Translations under genes and position numbers: made by a program
Part shown: in pieces, positions 62,901 through 64,000 of the stretch
How the letters are laid out: every line of letters starts with the position of its first letter
Numbering within the stretch: the stretch's first letter is position 1
Origin: Macrostomum lignano
Taxonomy: Eukaryota
Direction: 5' to 3'
NCBI GenBank assembly: GCA_002269645.1
Contig: NIVC01000538.1
Coordinates: forward strand, 186,001 to 250,000
DNA length: 64,000 nt
Notes under the pieces: generated by a model
What the model was told of the DNA's origin: nothing
The model's input: only the letters and a program-made list of their open reading frames with translations
Database searches by the model: none

Positions 62901-63572
62901 AGAGGGTGGGGAAGATGGGGAGAGGGTGGGAAGATGGGGGAGAGGGTGGGGAAGATGGGGAGAGGGTGGGGAAGATGGGGAGAGGGTGGGGAAGATGGGG
63001 AGAGGGTGGGGAAGATGGGGTGGGGAAGATGGGGAGAGGGTGGGGAAGATGGGGGAGAGGGTGGGGAAGATGGGGGAGAGGGTGGGGAAGATGGGGGAGA
63101 GGGTGGGGAAGATGGGGAGAGGATGGGAAGATAGGAAGGATGGGGGAAGAGGATGGGAGATGTTGGGGAGAGAGTGAGAATGTGGAAAATTATTCAGTTA
63201 GTAAGAGATAATGAGGATCTCCTTGCGGTTATTAATAAAATTTATAGAAGCATATACATTATTTACTCACTAAATTGTCTTATTTCACATCCCTAAACAA
63301 AGGAGCGCGACGCTCATAAGCACACGGAAGCTGCCGACATGTTCCGCGCCCTGCTCTCCGACATGGTGCGCCACCCCGATGCTACCTGGCGTGAAGTGAA
63401 AAAAGCGCTGCGCCGTGACGCCCGCTGGCAGGCGTGCGAAGCCCTCAGCCGGGACGAGAAAGCGGCCATCTTTGACGATCATTTGAAGACTCTTATTGGC
63501 AAAAGCAAAGAGATGTTCCACCGCCTCCTAGACGAGACCGACGGCATCGGGTTGGACATCACCTGGCACCAG
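48123..63572 (+). CDS. TCERG1: Transcription elongation regulator 1 (CA150): 3 WW + FF domains; 3' end probably outside window
   Basis: Exons 48123(acceptor 48064)-49094, 49389-50857, 52691-52844, 60932-61099, 62020-62286 and 63303-63572, with consistent phases. Pro-rich N-terminus, then WW1 ([21 protein letters not shown]), WW2 and WW3 ([22 protein letters not shown]). FF motifs include [45 protein letters not shown] and [19 protein letters not shown]. Confidence 0.95.
49245..49345. repeat. (GACA)n microsatellite in TCERG1 intron 1
   Basis: Visible GACA/GGCA tetramer run. Confidence 0.85.
51230..52032. mobile_element. Non-autonomous foldback element B with telomere-like core and internal 49-bp tandem array
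   Basis: TIR GCCATCACAAGCTCGAAAAATCACATCGTCGAAAA and its mirror. Degenerate (TTAGGG)n at 51315-51420 and about 11 x 49-bp units at 51431-51950. Flanking TCAGTG at 51224-29 and 52033-38. Confidence 0.8.
53030..53440. repeat. 20-21-bp G/T-rich minisatellite (TGAAGGAGTGG(T/GG)TGGGTGTT)n
   Basis: Tandem copies in TCERG1 intron 3. Confidence 0.94.
53500..54060. repeat. 20-22-bp minisatellite (TGAGGTGTCTGGAGAGAGGA)n
   Basis: Tandem copies in TCERG1 intron 3. Confidence 0.94.
56800..57225. repeat. 20-21-bp minisatellite (CTGCCATTCTTCAGGTTATGT)n
   Basis: About 20 copies with variants in TCERG1 intron 3. Confidence 0.93.
57554..57585. other. Perfect 13-bp hairpin preceded by (GTCTAT)n
   Basis: TGTCTATGAGACA-AAAAAG-TGTCTCATAGACA. 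Confidence 0.7.
57955..58520. repeat. 58-61-bp tandem repeat with two subtypes
   Basis: About 10 units beginning CAGGGACCTCT, with a block of 58-mers followed by a block of 61-mers. Confidence 0.93.
59436..60015. repeat. (CTGT)n microsatellite, ~580 bp
   Basis: Directly visible. Confidence 0.98.
61215..61920. repeat. 13/17-bp minisatellite (GAGGTAGATAAGGC / GAGGTAGATAAGCAGGT)n in TCERG1 intron 4
   Basis: Tandem copies filling most of intron 61100-62019. Confidence 0.95.
62350..63170. repeat. G-rich 19-20-bp minisatellite (GGGAAGATGGGGGAGAGGGT)n in TCERG1 intron 5
   Basis: Purine-rich tandem array. Confidence 0.95.
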
Positions 63573-64000
63573 GTGAAGCAATGCATTCGCGTGGCCTGAG
63601 AGCAAAGCAAAGCAAAATATTAAAGCTTTGATGTGCTTCGTATCTTAGTCAGTTAGCCCGCAACAAGCACTCTAGTTTTCTTCTGATAAGCTGTTTTAGT
63701 TTATCACAATGTTTATTAAGTAGTAATGTGCGTTTTGCCTCATTGCCTGTTAATCTGCAACAGAGGCAAATAAATTACTGTTGGATTAACCAATATGTAC
63801 TTTTGTAGCTACTGTTTTCACTACTGTAGTAAAACAAAGTTTTACTCGTTTAGAATACAAAAACAAATTATAGTTTATTAGAAATCATGATAAAAAGCGT
63901 CATGATAATCGCTAGAGTCATTGCAAACAACTCACTAGGATTCTAGCAACTCTGTAGCGACTCCTGTGACTTCCTCTGATTCGTTATAAATGCAAAATGC

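Noticed and set aside
53526-63211. ORFs at 53530-54111, 56760-57293, 59615-59971 and 62595-63211
   Set aside because: All are translations of tandem repeats in TCERG1 introns.

Overview
Eukaryotic animal genomic DNA with GC-rich spliced exons, poly-Q/poly-A low-complexity coding and very dense minisatellites. This organisation resembles the flatworm Macrostomum, which is an inference I cannot confirm here. I reconstructed six protein-coding genes by hand, and splice phases are consistent in all six. They are: an NK4/tinman-class homeobox gene (minus strand, runs off the left edge); a complete 10-exon NPHP4 (minus, ~1412 aa); a small secreted single-WSC-domain protein; a divergent ankyrin/6-TM TRPV-like channel with a palindromic X-box upstream; a protein with a degenerate KH-like fold; and TCERG1/CA150 (plus, probably running off the right edge). 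Mobile elements include an RT-deleted LOA-type LINE, RTE fragments, a CORE-SINE, a long-TIR TA-MITE and two related foldback elements. A ~12 kb block holds fossil hAT and CMC/EnSpm-like DNA transposons that are almost stripped of CpG. Nested in that block is a young Penelope element with hammerhead ribozymes in its inverted pLTRs. No rRNA, tRNA or CRISPR array was recognised. All counts were made by eye.
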